DNA of 64,000 nt from Octopus bimaculoides (lineage: Eukaryota), in NCBI RefSeq assembly GCF_001194135.2, contig NC_068997.1, positions 56,968,929 to 57,032,928 on the forward strand. The letters run 5' to 3'. Below the pieces are notes generated by a model. The model ran no database searches, was not told where the DNA came from, and saw only the letters and a program-made list of their open reading frames with translations. The position numbers were made by a program, and so were the translations under genes. Each line of letters starts with the position of its first letter. Position 1 is the first letter of the stretch. Below, piece after piece: positions 23,990-38,609 of this stretch.

Positions 23990-26900
23990 GTGTGTGTGTG
24001 TGTGTATAGGCAGGAGAAATGTATTTGAAAACTGGCAACGAGATTGGCTGAAGGAAAGTAAACCCGTGTAAAGACGCTTGCTATCATACTGTCTTTAAGT
24101 AGGTTCGGTAATTCAGGGAAATAGAATTAAAAAGTTAATGATTTTTGAGACTTATTAAATTTACATTCACCTCTCTCTCTCCCTCCATCTCTCCTTTTCT
24201 CTATTTCTCTCTTTCTCGCCTTCTCTTGCTCTCCCTCTCATTCTCTCTCCCCTTTCTCTCTTTCTTTCATTGTCTTTCTTTTTGAACAAGAGATAGCGGG
24301 TTGTATCAACATATACTGTAACATGGAAAATATCGGGTAGGTTGAAGAATTTAGGTATGGATTGTCTAATGCCACAGCATAAGTAGTTTAGAAGCCAATA
24401 AAGACTGTCCTTGCAATCAACCACTGAGCATATAATTAATGACGAAATTTTAAAGTGGACACGCATTTTGTGTTTATATGCTCTGTTCGACATTAATAAC
24501 TTTGTAAGGGCAACAATCCAACACGTACAAAGTTAAACATTTGTAATGTTTATCTTAATCATGTGACGGGTCAGAAATATCAAATTCGGTTCGGAAAAAT
24601 CAAGTGTTATGAGGAAAGTAATCCGACTCAATGTGAATTTTCTGAAACTCATGAACACTCCGCTCCGATTGGTTACTGTATATCATTACACATGCGTTAC
24701 TCACGTCCACTAGATACGTGTCTTTAAAAAAAACAAAAAAACATATCGAATATATATATGCGCGCGTGTGTGCAGTGGGTACAATATGCAGCATATATTG
24801 TTTGTATCTCTATTAATCTGTTTTCTATATAATGAACATGTTCTGACTTTGAAGCTTTATAACTGAATGACAAAGCTTCTCCTAAATTGTAAATGAATCA
24901 AATGTTAAGAACCCGAAACGAATTCTTTGCAATTGCCATAAACTGCAGCTATTAGCAGAACACTGTTTAGTGGTAATAAAGATCTATGCATTGGAAATCT
25001 AAACAAATTGCATGAAAATCTACTATTTGCGCTGTTTGGATTCATATAAAGATTTTCTTAACAGACTGATTGATAAATACATTATGCATTAATATGCATA
25101 AGCCAATTATTGATAAGGCAATAAATTCTATTATAATAGTGGACAAAGTTTAAATAACGTATTTACGTCTTATTTTCAAAATGAAAACACTTCCAATGAA
25201 AAAAAGAAAACTCCTCTCTTTTTCTTTTTACTTTACAAATGTCCAAACTAGTTAGATATATACCACATTATTATTTTCTTAGTCAGGGGAGAATTGACTG
25301 AGGCTTGCCTTTTCTGTCTCCTGCTTGGAAATTAAGGCGTATTGGGAATAAGAAGAAACGAGCCATTTATTGTGTCTTGTTGTGGTCGACAACATCTCAA
25401 GATATAACGTCATTTTCGGAACGGTGGTGTTGTTTGTTTCCTTGTAGCATACCTGGAGGAAAATAAGTTGACAATTACACTTTATAAACAGAGTCCTAAT
25501 ACAAGGCCTAAATTATTTTGAAATATATTGGGGATTACCTCGACATTAGTAATTAAATTGTACATATTTATTAGAATACCAGAGCTGTTAGATCTCGTAA
25601 TGTAATGAGACGCTATACGAAGGCACTTCAATTCTTCAGTTAACTTTCTGTATGACTCTGATACACAGGACCTATTTCCGTTGTTTAATGGTTTTATAGT
25701 GATTCCTCCTCCAGTTTGTGAAACACTTTTATTCCATCTGTCCATGCTTTAAACTCTCGGCTCCTTGCTAAATAATGGTCCGACTGTTTTATTTAACGAT
25801 TCCAAAATGTTAAGCATATAACTTAAATGATTATCAAAAAATATTGTTGACATCGTAATTTCAATAAAACATGAAATAATTCTATTGGGAAGGGTGAATC
25901 TTGAAGCAAGTAAAGCTATAAATATTACCATGAAAATATTGGGTTTAAAACACTTTGGACTTGAACCCGTATCTACAGAATATATGGCAGGCGTTCTACC
26001 AATGTAGCAAAGATTTTGAAATGGGTGGAGAAATTGATGGAGTTACTTTGACCCAATGTTAGAACGTCATTTTTGCAGGAGAGGTGGGTTCGAGTCCAAT
26101 AAAGGGCTTCATCTACTTCGAAATTCTTTGTGCCAAAAATTAAATATAAATACATTTTTATTAAAATATCTTTATTATATGCGTTAAAATTTCTTTGACA
26201 TAATTTACTAACACAATAGCCCTATGCTATATATTTTTTATAAGGACATGCCGATGAGAATTCCACTACCCACACTGATATGGTAGGTTAGCTATTTACC
26301 ATAAATTTAGGAGCTTATATACCATACGTTCACTCATTGTGACCCAAGGGGAATAATAGTACTTAACTACTTCTAATTTGGTCTAGCTATCTATACCTGT
26401 AATACACGGTACATGCTGAAACCTGTGTTTGTACAATATAACACATTCTGGTTTTTCCTTGTCATATTTTATCTCTAAGTTCCTCATAGTTAGCTGAACA
26501 ATGATTCAGTGTATGAAAGCCATGACTATCTCGTTACATTCAAGCAAAGTGTATAAATGTACTACATAACACAAAGTAGTTTTTGTTTTAAGAAGTATTT
26601 TGCTACTATTTTTGCAAGCAGTTTCTCCACGTGTAGGCGTTTTTAATAGTCTGATTGTTCGGTGGTTTTGGTGGTCGGAAACGGTGAATTTAATGTTTAA
26701 GAGACCATAACTTCGAGAGGAATGGTTCTCATCAAGGTTATTACATAGAGATGAAAGACATTTAATTGGTTTCCCTACAGTGCAATCTATTATAGCATTC
26801 ACTTAAACACGGAATATATTTATTCATTGATGCTGCGCGCTTAATTTTCCAGTTAATTGCTATCCATTTGAATTTTAAAATCTTTCTTTAATTAACAAGT

Positions 26901-29900
26901 ATCTTAGGCTCTATTTAGCCATATTTTTATCTTTTCTTATGATACAGTTTGAATCACGTCTTGCCAAGTTTATCATCACAGGATTCATTTAATTAATGGC
27001 TGCAATATATACAGGCATGCTTTTACTGAAGTATAAATAGAGATACTTTTGCTGCATGATTCAGAATATTTGAATAAATATGTTTCTTTCTAAAAACAGA
27101 GTGAACGTATTTTAGAATTTATTTTACAACAAATTCTGAGCAATTCATTTCTGATTCTTGTTATGGGCATTACTCCTCGAGATACTTATATGATAGTTTG
27201 ACTTCAACAATCAGTAGACAAACCTTCCTCAAATAGACACTGTCGTCTCAAATAAAGGATAAAGCCATTAAAAGACTTTCAGTTTCCCAAATATCCACAT
27301 AATGAGAAAGGTCATTATATGAAGGTATTAGTCCACATTTCTGTTCGTCCATGCTCGATCAGGAGCTAAGACACAAGAAAACAAAGTTCAGCTGCATACA
27401 ACTAATGATGGAGGGGGATGGCTCTTTCGATATACTGAAATCAGCTGCTCCTCTTTGTCGTTTAAGCGACCACGTGAGTAGTTCCTTTACTGACACCGTT
27501 GGTGCTGCTGTTATTGTTTTTGTTGTTATTGTTTAGTCTCAGATCAAGCCTGTCCAGAAATGACATGAACAAAATAATTTTCTGTTCGTTACAACACTAA
27601 CACTGATAGTTTATTGTTACCAAGGACAATAGTCTACAAAGAATTCTTTTTCCACATTTTCAAACCACAGTGTTTCATTCTGGAGAAATTTGGCTTCTCT
27701 TGCTATAAAAATTAAGCAACTACATAGAAACCTACCCGTGTAAAGTGCTTCTGAAACATATCACGCCTTGAAAGCAACAATAACACCGTGTTGTACGAAG
27801 GTAGAAACAGAAGAGACAGCGCTAATAGTTGTAGACTGAATGATTATTTAAGTTATTTAAGTGGTATGAATAAATTTTCAAATACTAATTGGTTTCTGTC
27901 TGAAAGTGGTTTTAGGAAGTTCTTAACGAATTTTTTTTTCTCTCCAGAGAGTTTATGTTCCGTTTAATGTACGAGATACAAAACAAATGTGGGCAAAACA
28001 ATTATAAATATTTATTTCAATTAGGTTGTTACTGAACAAAAAATTTATAATGCTGGCTCACAAGATGACTTTCTAAATATGAAGTCAAACACTGCAAAGA
28101 CGGAAAGTTTATGAGGTTGTATGGCCTGGTACAAATAGCGGTCAGTTACACCTATCGCTATACAGTTGTTTTAAAATAGGGAACATTAACGTGTCCTATG
28201 AGAAATAACTAGAAACACATAGCTGGAACACTATCATCTTAAGAAAAGAATATTGTATTACATAGTCCTTGCAATGCATAGCGTCAGAATATGATCATAA
28301 GGTTGATCAGATGTACGTTTTATCAATGCTGCGATGTGTCTTAATTTCTCCCGAATTTCAGTCGTATCTTAGACCTCGTATTCTAATGTTGGTTTCAAAT
28401 TTTGGTACAAGGCTTTGTACCATTTTTAACATCAAAAGTCTAAGACTAACTGGAATTTGAGAGAACGTTTGCCTTCATATCTTTATGTACGGGGCAATAT
28501 GACATCTAATATTTGCTCGGGAGCACAAATTTGGCAGCTGATGATCACAACGGAAGATGGTTAAACATTAGGAACCCTCGTCCTGTGATACCACGTGTGA
28601 AAATTTTAGTCTTGTATTGCCCTTATTTTTGTTTCTTTTGTGTAATACTGTATTTGTGCTTTAACGAGTGCACTACGCTTCTACAAAGAAACCTGCAATG
28701 CGGCTTTCACATTCCACATCCCCAGACTAATTTCCGCTTTGGCATACATACATATTTGAGAGTGGAATAGAGATGGAGAGAGAGAGAGAAAGAGAGAGAG
28801 ATGGGGGAAAAGAGATATTTAGATGGAAAGAGTTATATTTTATCACTTATAAATGATATAGCTAAACGGAGAATAATTTCGAAATGATACTTCACAAATA
28901 TTTCTAAAGTTCTCTGAAGTCTGCCCTCTCTACTGCATCTGTATGTAAGTATGTTTCAATGTATATGGAGGTATACAGTTGTTAGGAATTTGTTTAAATC
29001 ATCCAACATCGAATTGATATTTGTAACAATCTCAATGTGAAAATTAGTTTATCTTTCCCTTCAAAACCCAACAATCTGTGGGTATTTTGCCAGTTTGTTT
29101 TTGATCTTTCCAATAATCATGGTTAATGTTGCGTATGTTTAAATTCTTGAATAAGCTGGTTTGATTGTCAGAAATTCTCTTTAAAGCACCGTCATCTGTT
29201 GAGCTCAAAGATAAAAAATAGTAATTCAATTAGCTTTTTGGAATTTAAAAAATAGATGTTTATACTTATTATCTACACATACACACACACTCACACACCG
29301 TACTGATCGTTCCACTCACGCACACACAAAAGATGTGGGTTAAAAAAGGGACAGAAACATTGGAAATAGGATCCATAAATTCCTAAACCCACTGAGAATG
29401 ATAATACAAATACGTCAGCAACAAATGGCAATAACAGTGACGTTGTTGATTAGGATAGTAATGATGATAATGATGGTGGTGGTAGGTTTGGTTGTAATAA
29501 GGAAAAGGAGAAAGAAGAGGATGGTGTTGGGGTGGTGATGGTAACAGTGCTGATCCACTACCATTATTCCTGCTATCACACACACTACGATAAAATGCAC
29601 CCGTTTTGCACTGTAAGATTTTAAACGCCATCAAAGCTGACCCGGTGTTCTTTTTTTTAATTGTAAGTGATTTACGCTCTGTTGCCCACACATTTATGTG
29701 CGGGTGAATGTATGTCTGAGTGTGACTGTGTGCGTATTTTTGTGCCTCTGCCTTTGTATGTGTATGCATTAGTCTTGAATGACCAGTTGCAGAGGTTACT
29801 CAGCGCCTCAAGTTTTATACGTGACATTCTTCAACGATTTAAAACCTGAAAATATAACAATTTCTGGTGAAAAGTCTCATTAAAAAAGTAATAAATATTA

Positions 29901-32900
29901 AATTGTCTACAAGCATACCACGTTGAAACTTCCTTTTCTCCAGCGTCAAATCACAGATGCATTTTTCTTTTTTCCTCTTTTCCTTTTCTTTATTATGTAT
30001 TATCGAAATTTGAATATTAGTTTATGAATACTGACAAAAGATTCTTTTAAAACAGAATTCTTCAACAATGGCATTGTTGAACCATGATAAGTAAACTACG
30101 AAATCTGAAGAGCAACGTACGTTGCATGCATTTAAACACGTTTTGAATTAATTGCATCGCAGTTCCTTATGAATTGGGCATGTCTTCCTTCTCTACAACA
30201 GTATCTTTGAACATCGTATTATCCTGTCCATCATCTTCTACACAGAAGCTACCGATTCGAGAGGCAATTTGCGCATTTCAGCAGGTCTTGTGCCCATGCA
30301 GAGCTCCCTCGTGAATCTGAAAACGAGTATAGTTTATTTCTGTTTCGGACACAAAATTGTTATCATTTCTAAGATATCTCTATATTAAACAAACCCGAAA
30401 CTTACTCTTGAAAGATAATCTCCTTGCTTCTGTGTCTTCAGCTTTATCCATCCCTTATCTCTGCTACTTAAATCTTCATAACAAAACATGCCTTCTACCA
30501 AACATCTGTCTATAGTTACATAAATAAAATGGTCAAATACAAAACAGTTTCCATTCACTCCTATCCAAAGCGTCCAAACCTGACTCTGTAGTTTTCCAGC
30601 TGTTATCTTTAAGAAAATACATCGCTTCAAACTTAGCTTCTTACCGCCTTAATCACTTAAACCTGTGTACAGTCCTCAATATGCAGCTCTCACTGAATAG
30701 GAAAAATATCTTATAGCTGTACCTCTTGACCAAAAAGGCTTCGATTCCGATCAAACCTTCGAACGAATAATTGTATTTTATTCAACATCTCAAAGTTGAG
30801 GGACATGATTGTTGATAATTATCTCTTCACTTTTATTAAGACATTGTCAGTTGTCACTTCACTCTTTCATCAATTATTGTCACAACAATCTTAACAGACT
30901 GACGACCAGTTGTCTCTGTACAGTCAAGTGATTGAGGACTTGGATAAATATGATAAATGTCATTCTGAAAGATTTCGCTCATATCTAGGAGAATTGTCTT
31001 AGTTTTCCTGTAGTGAAGTCACGTCTTTCATCATTTGTATTCGATGATTCCTGATCAAAATCTTATTCCAACAATTATTGAAGAAGTTATTTCTAGATCA
31101 GATTCTATCGACATTGTGATATTCCATCCAATTTCTCTTCTGTACTCAATTTTCTGTACTTTATTGCTGTTTAAAAGGAAACGATATTTATGAAAGCACG
31201 CACTCTAATGTGTTATGCGAAATTCGTTTATTGACTGTGAAAAGATAAAACATGAACAAGGCTGCTCATAGAATTTGAACTCAGAAACTGGAAGGATGGA
31301 ATTAAATTATAATTGACATTTACGTCAACAATCCACATCCTCTGGAGTGTTATGTAATTCACATTATCACATATATAAAACCACACACAACCACACACAT
31401 TTGCTTCAACAACCTGCAATCTCTGGAATGTAATGTTATTCACATAAACATGTATTCACAAAAACACACACACAAACATATATACACACGTACACATGGC
31501 CATGTTTTTGAAATATTTAGTAAAATTGCACCTCGTGATTAATGGTACAAATAAAATGGTACAACAAAGAAAAAAAAGCTGTACTTGCTTTTGATAGACA
31601 TTTTCAAAACATAATTATAGTGAAATTAATCTACAGTATGAGTCCATTTTTGTTGTTTTAAAAGGAAAATAGCTTATTTCCATTATCTTTCATCCTCTTT
31701 TAAATGTAATATATGGTTATTTATACATCCCTTCAAGTTCTGGAGTTCATCAATTTACATTTCATGGATAATGTTCATTATAATGAATTTAAACCTTCTA
31801 TGATAATTGTTGGCGTTATTTTCGGTTGCCTTTGTTTTTCAGATTTTCCGAAAGATATAAATCCATAAATAATGATATTTACAATAATATTATATTGCTG
31901 TTGTGCGTTGTATGATAACTAACTGCAATCTTTGAGAGGACATCTGATATGAAAAGCAATGAATTCAAGGATTTACTGTAATAAATTCCCCTTTCAAGAA
32001 GTACACCATTTGAAGTGTCTGGCGAAAAAATGATTTAAAAAAAAATTAAAACAAAACAAAATACAAAATTGTCTGAATCTGTACCCCGGGGAGGGAGAGA
32101 AAATGGGTGAACGCAAGGTCTAATTTGCATACATTAGCACTAACGTAGTTTTATGGGTAAACTAAGTGAAATTGAGGTTCAAACACATTTCAAACCCATT
32201 AAATGGTTCATCAGAGAAATTAAAGTCTGTGATAAAGCACAAATAATGAAACAAAGTGGAATTAGAATATTTTTGTTTGATCTGGGAATTCATAATTGAC
32301 TAATGCATCTAAAAGCATATTTCCTCGGCATTGGCCAAGTTCTCAGTCAAACGCAGAGAAAAATTATTACTTTGTGAAATGAAAGGATATCATTTAGAAT
32401 GCCTTTGCTATTTTTTTCTCTTTTTTTTTTTTTAATATGACAAATACCTAACAAATAAACTAATATTTATTGATGCAAATTTATTTTCAATATATTCTCT
32501 GAAAATTTATTTTAATATAAAAATTAGGTATAAAGTCTATATTTATTTATTCACATGAAAATAACAGCTAAAATATTTTATCGCCTGTTGTGAAATGACA
32601 TAATTGGGCACACATTTCATTGAGGTTCCGTTTGTTTCGTGCAGGAAATACATATGTCTGTTTGAAACATTTCATTAGAATGTATTGTGTATGATTGATT
32701 GACAAACAAATTAATAATTCTAAACTTTCAATTTACAGAATAAAGCAACATTTGCTGCTACTTTAGTTTTCTCTATCAAGGTTCTTTGGTTTTCAGTGAA
32801 TCTCTGACTGAATTACATCTCTTTTATCTCAAGTTCTCACAACCGTAATGCATTAGTAGGGCTGAGTTGATGGGTAACAGTGAGCAGTTATTTTATTTTT

Positions 32901-33284
32901 CATTATGACTTTCTATACATTTAGGTTGTTGTGTTTGGCTTTCTACCCTTTCTACTCAGAGCATATAAAATAATTACCAGTAATTTTACTCTGAATTAAG
33001 AGAATGCATAACTATTGATATTATGTGCGGTCACACCTTAACCATCGCATTCTTGATTAATTTATTGAGCCTTCACAAAATATGCCAGATTAGATGTAAA
33101 TAAGCTATAAGAACTGGAGGTATATTTCACTGGCTTTTGAAGTTCGATTCCTTCTACAGAATATGATGATGACTGTAAAATGGCTTCCTGTCTAATTTGA
33201 AATATGCTGCTTTTCTCTTTAACAGAAATCGGTGATCAGGTGTTATTCTGTGGATTTTTGCAATTTGGAACATATTATTTTCCT

Positions 33285-33470
33285 TTATTCTTAGTCTTGT
33301 TTCAGTCATTTGACTGCGGCCATGCTCCGTCTTGGATAAATTCGGTCCAGCGAATAAACCACAGTAATGATTATTTTCTAAACCGGGTACTTATTCTTTC
33401 GACCTCTTTGTTGCATCGCAAAGTTACAGGGATGGAAACCACGCAGACGCACACATACTTTAGGCACACA
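33285..33470 (-). mobile_element. SINE-like repeat, family C
   Basis: TTGTTTCAGTCATTTGACTGCGGCCATGCT and GGTACTTATTCTTTCGACCTCTTTG. Related segments lie at 4828-4972, 45160-45300 (GGTACTTATTCTATCAGTCTCTTT) and 63115-63185. Confidence 0.62.
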
Positions 33471-33955
33471 GAGGTGTGCTTATACACGTGGTGATAACAT
33501 GGACACATGCATATATATACGTAGATGCACACGAATATAAATATATTCAGATTACTCTCTGTGCTTTGCTAACCCTTTATGCCGAATCATATCTGTATGA
33601 AATTCTAACATCAGGTTGTTAATGTCGCTGTGTTTGCGTGTGTGTGTATATACAGAGAGGGAGAGAGAGAGAGAGAGATAAACAAAGATATAGATGATTC
33701 AGTTATAAGGATTCTTAAGAATCAAAGCACGTCAAAGCATGTAGGAAGCCGCAAAAGGCTAGATACGATCACATATTGCTCATGGTGAAGGAAAACAGCA
33801 TTGTAGACCTTCAAGTACTGACAGGGTAGTTGTAGATATGCAAGTATTAAATCCAATTTATATCCAGAGATCTGACTCACCATGGAAACTTTAGTGTGGA
33901 ACAGGTATGAAAAAGGATAAATAGAAACGGCGTATAAAATTAACATTTGTGTTTG

Positions 33956-33989
<34 letters not shown>

Positions 33990-34171
33990 GCACAAATTGA
34001 ACACACCAACCAGTAAAATTTCCACTCATTTACATATTTTACCGGGGAGTGTGTTAAATTATAAGTCGCTAAAACAGAATGACTCTCCCCAGACACAACA
34101 GTGTATGCTTCATCGCATGAATTCACATGAAGAATCTTGCAAACCAAATATATATATACAGATACACGTGA

Positions 34172-34535
34172 TGGTGCATGGCTCAGTGGTTAGAGCGTCG
34201 AGCTTACAATCGTAAGGGTGTGAGTTAGATTCTCGGACCGGGCTACGTGTTATCTTCTTGAGCAAGACAATTTATTTCACGTTGCTCTAGTTCACTCAGC
34301 TGTAGAAATGAGATGCCACGTCACTGGTGCCAAGCTACATCGGTCTTTGCCTTTCCTTGGATAACATGGGCTGCGTGGAGAAGGGAGGCTGGTATGCATG
34401 GACGACTGCTACTCTTCCATAAAAACAACCCTAGGTTGTGCGTGCGCCGGTGATGCGACTTTACGCCCAGATTTTACCTCGGAAGGGAACCCTTTAGGTG
34501 CACACATGGCCATTTGTAACCGACGGAATAAAGTT
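34172..34535 (+). mobile_element. tRNA-derived SINE, family D, apparently full length
   Basis: A box TGGCTCAGTGGTTAGAGC and B-box-like GTGAGTTAGATTC are followed by a non-tRNA body (TTGAGCAAGACAATTTATTTCACGTTGCTCTAGTTCACTCAGCTGTAGAAATGAG...) about 360 bp long ending in simple repeats. No acceptor stem closes. Confidence 0.75.
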
Positions 34536-34708
34536 ATATATACATACATATACAGGCAAAAATATACAAATACTGTAACACCTCACTTTAAGATGGCCCA
34601 CGTTACGAAACTCAGGGTTTACAAGATTTTACGAGTTTTATTCTCTGATTCCGAGTTTTCGCTTTACTAACCTTTTCCGGGAACGAGTAAACTCGTCTGC
34701 CGAGGCAT

Positions 34709-34744
<36 letters not shown>

Positions 34745-34748
<4 letters not shown>

Positions 34749-34805
34749 GCGGACGTGTGGCAAGAAGTTTGCTTCAAAACCACATTGTTCCGGGTTCAGT
34801 GCCAC
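34745..34805 (+). mobile_element. SINE family B head only
   Basis: GTGTGGCAAGAAGTTTGCTTCAAAACCACATTGTTCCGGGTTCAGTGCCAC aligns with the heads at 4560-4600 and 42250-42310. Confidence 0.55.
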
Positions 34806-35484
34806 ACATATATTTATACATATGTGTGTATATGCATTTATATATGTATATACATACAAGTATATACATGAATATATGTGTGTGTATGCAACTAGGTATA
34901 TAATGCATACAGACACAGTTACGTGCCTAAAAACAGATAGCATTTATTTGTGACCATCGTATAGGTCTGAATAGCAATATATTATAATTTTGTTGTGTAG
35001 GGAGGTTTTAATAGAATTAGTGACTTGACAAATGGGTCTCTGGCTCTTTTGTATGATCGAAATATTTCATAAATCTTTGAAAATTGCAACCTATCTGGCG
35101 GAGTAGAATAACGTATTGAAAAGAAGATGAAAAAATATTTCATCACCGACAAATATTTCCAGATATTGTTATTGTCCTTTTTTTTTTGTTACAAATTGAT
35201 ATATATTCCATTGATATAATGCACACAAATACAATCACTCTTTCTCATTTTCGCGCGCGCGTACACACACACACGCACGCACGCACACTCACATACACAT
35301 ACACATACTCAGTACTATATAAATATATATTTACTACGACTACCTTCAGTGATTTTAAGTGTAAATATTTCATTCATTTTTTAGGATATGTCTACCTCCT
35401 GCATCCACAGCAAGTTTATTGAAATAAGTAACCTTCTCGCCCCATCAAATTTAAGGTTTCCTCTCTCTTTTCGTTTACTTTTTT

Positions 35485-35583
<99 letters not shown>

Positions 35584-35690
35584 NNNNNNNNNNNNNNNNN
35601 NNNNNNNNNNNNNNNNNNNNNNNNNNNNNNNNNNNNNNNNNNNNNNNNNNNNNNNNNNNNNNNNNNNNNNNNNNNNNNNNNNNNNNNNNN

Positions 35691-35747
<57 letters not shown>

Positions 35748-38575
35748 GCCCACACATATACATTACAAGATAAATGACTTAGTATTGAAAATCATGGAAT
35801 GCACAATTATGTCTCTAAATACTTGGCATGCTTCCGTATTTTTGAAAATAATTCCAAAAATGTTATTCGAAACCAAATATACATATTTCCTGTTCATGAT
35901 GAAATATCCCGTGTCTTTTATACGATGATTGAAATTTTTGGAAACTAATTATAAACTTCTTAGATGCATATGTGTCATCGCGATTATATATATGTGTGTG
36001 TGCGAGTGTTTATTGGTGAGTAACCAGTATAAGAAACTTAGTTTAAGTCTGTTCGTAAATGATGCATAACTGCATTGTTACATCCAAGGAACAGAGAACC
36101 CTTGAAAAACATATTGTAAAAGAAAACAGTGCAACTCAAAACATGCATTGATAATGTTTACATTATTTATGGCGCCCTAAAACAAAATTTGAATATTTGT
36201 GTATTGTACAAGAACCTCTCGATACAGATGCCTATATATAGTTGCAAAAAATATTTTAATTTTAATATTATTATTTTTTTTTTATTGCTGCAGAACCGAA
36301 TTGTTCATGTTAAAGTACATTATTATTTTTGGTTTCAATTGTTTCGTTGTGAGATATTTACCGATTATACATGAATATGCAGAAGTAGTAAATATGTTTG
36401 GCATGTTTGCTTATTGCAAACACAGCAACATCAATACTGACAACAGCAGCAGCATGTACAACAACCTTATATCGTTCATCCATATGTCTTTAGTTAATCG
36501 TTGTATTTACAATACAACTGCATGACTTGTATTTCATCTATGTTTATGTTTAATATAATTGTGTTGTAGTGAAAACCTAAGAGCAACCCGATCACTTATT
36601 CGTTATGGTAATCGCAGCTTACAGTCGTCTCATTTGCTAAGATATCTCTAAGGTGGTTCTTTTCTGGTTCCTTATATTTGTATTCACTATATATAAAAGA
36701 CAAGATTCGGTATCCTTAGAAGATAACTTCCGAATTACATTAATTCTTTCTCCATTCCTTCCATGTGCTTCCATCTCATTCACAATTTTTTCTCGCTCCG
36801 TATAGCTATCTGCCACTGACTCACCTCCCAACTGGCTTTTAGGAAGTGCAGAAGTGTTGGTTTTATATTACATAACTTTATATATATTACATAACTTTAT
36901 ATATATATATATATATCCATCATGTTCACACTACGAGAGTCAATCCTTCTCATGGTTGATGTTTAGAAGTGGAATATAATGCAAACGTAACCTGTGTGTG
37001 CAATGCAAAGGTGAAGTTTCAGCAGGGTCGCCATGCATCTTTGCAATCCCTCTCTGAATTCTCAGTTTAAATTCCGCTGGAGTTCACTTAACGTTCGATC
37101 TTTCTTTAATCGATAAAATATCTATCAAGAAGCGTAGAATGTATCGTAAATTATCGCAGCCAAAACTTGTTCCAACCAAAGTACTTGGTTTTGTGCTAAT
37201 GTCGTCAATCAATATTAAGATAAGCTTCGACAATCCATTTGTAATTGAACATTATTTTTTGTTCTTTTATTGATTTCAGTGTCTTCTTAATACGCAGATC
37301 ATCCGGTACACAATACCATACACATACACAGCTGATCTGATATTGCTGCTTCAAATCGACCCTGTTTTTTTATTCTGTTTGTAAAACGGAATTAATTCAA
37401 CTTCATATGTCTTTTTCTATTTAGTTTTGTGCCTGTTTTGCATTAGACGAATCGTAACAAGTAACATAATGATAATATAATAATAATAATATTAATAATT
37501 TATATTTTCGATAGAATATATTTATAACAACAAAAATTACTTTTTTAATATCCTGCTGCAAGAGACTAAACTACACTGACTTCGTGAATTCTAACAGTTC
37601 TTTTGTGCTTTCTTTTCTCCATATAGAGAAAAAAATAAATCAATTTAAACATTTGAAGAAAAAACAAAAATGAACAGCAAGAAAAAAATCTGCAAAAAAT
37701 ATTTTTCGGAATGTGTTCGCCATATATTTTCAACTGGAAAATGTATGTACAGAAAGAAAAAAAATCAGAATATATTCTTTTCAAGTTGTTATTCCAGCAC
37801 TGATCCTGTATATGTTAGTATTTCCAAAGGCGGAATAAACCATCAGTAAATAAGAAAGCAGCCACTGTCAGCTTTAAGATTCCACGAAGAAAACTTATTT
37901 TTAAATGAGGCTGCAAAATAGAAAATAGATAACTGAAAATGACGAAGGGAAGGCAAAATTGCTTTGGGCGTGTTTGTTGACTTTGTGTTTGTTGTTCATT
38001 TTTGTGCATTGGGGAATGAATGATGTCTTGAAAAGTAAACAAAGATATTGTGAAGACAGCGAGAAAACCTGCAGTAGTGTTGTGACTAAAGTATATTAGA
38101 ATAAGAAAGCAATGGTTTATAATCATAGCAGTGGTGGAAAGAATTTGGAAAGAATGATAATGTGGTGACGTGGTATGAAGGCAAAATAATCGCATAACAA
38201 AAACAAAAAAAATTATCATAAAGCAACAACGAAAGCTACGAAATGTTCGTGTGTTAAATAGAAATATATGTACAGATGCTTCTTGTTATTATCATTATGT
38301 ATTTAACTTTTACAAATTGACGGACTCACTTTCTCTGAAACATTTAATTTTGATAATTTTAGTTATCGTGATTTTAGCATTATTCCACAGCTCTTGTCAT
38401 TTTTTTTTTTAATACAGTCGCTTTGATTTATTGTGCGGTACCGCATTTTACTGTAGACATTTGAGGCAGTTTTGACATTTCAGGCTTAAAACTCTGGTCG
38501 AAAAGTTGTTTCGATACTAGCTTTTCACAGGCCCACTCACACCCATGCACATATACATGCACACACGCATACATA

Positions 38576-38609
<34 letters not shown>

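Noticed and set aside
34172-34245. Possible tRNA gene
   Set aside because: A and B boxes are present but no acceptor stem or terminator follows, and the sequence continues into a SINE body.
37815-38219. 134-aa hydrophobic minus-strand ORF
   Set aside because: Hydrophobicity follows from T-richness; no recognisable motif or splice support.
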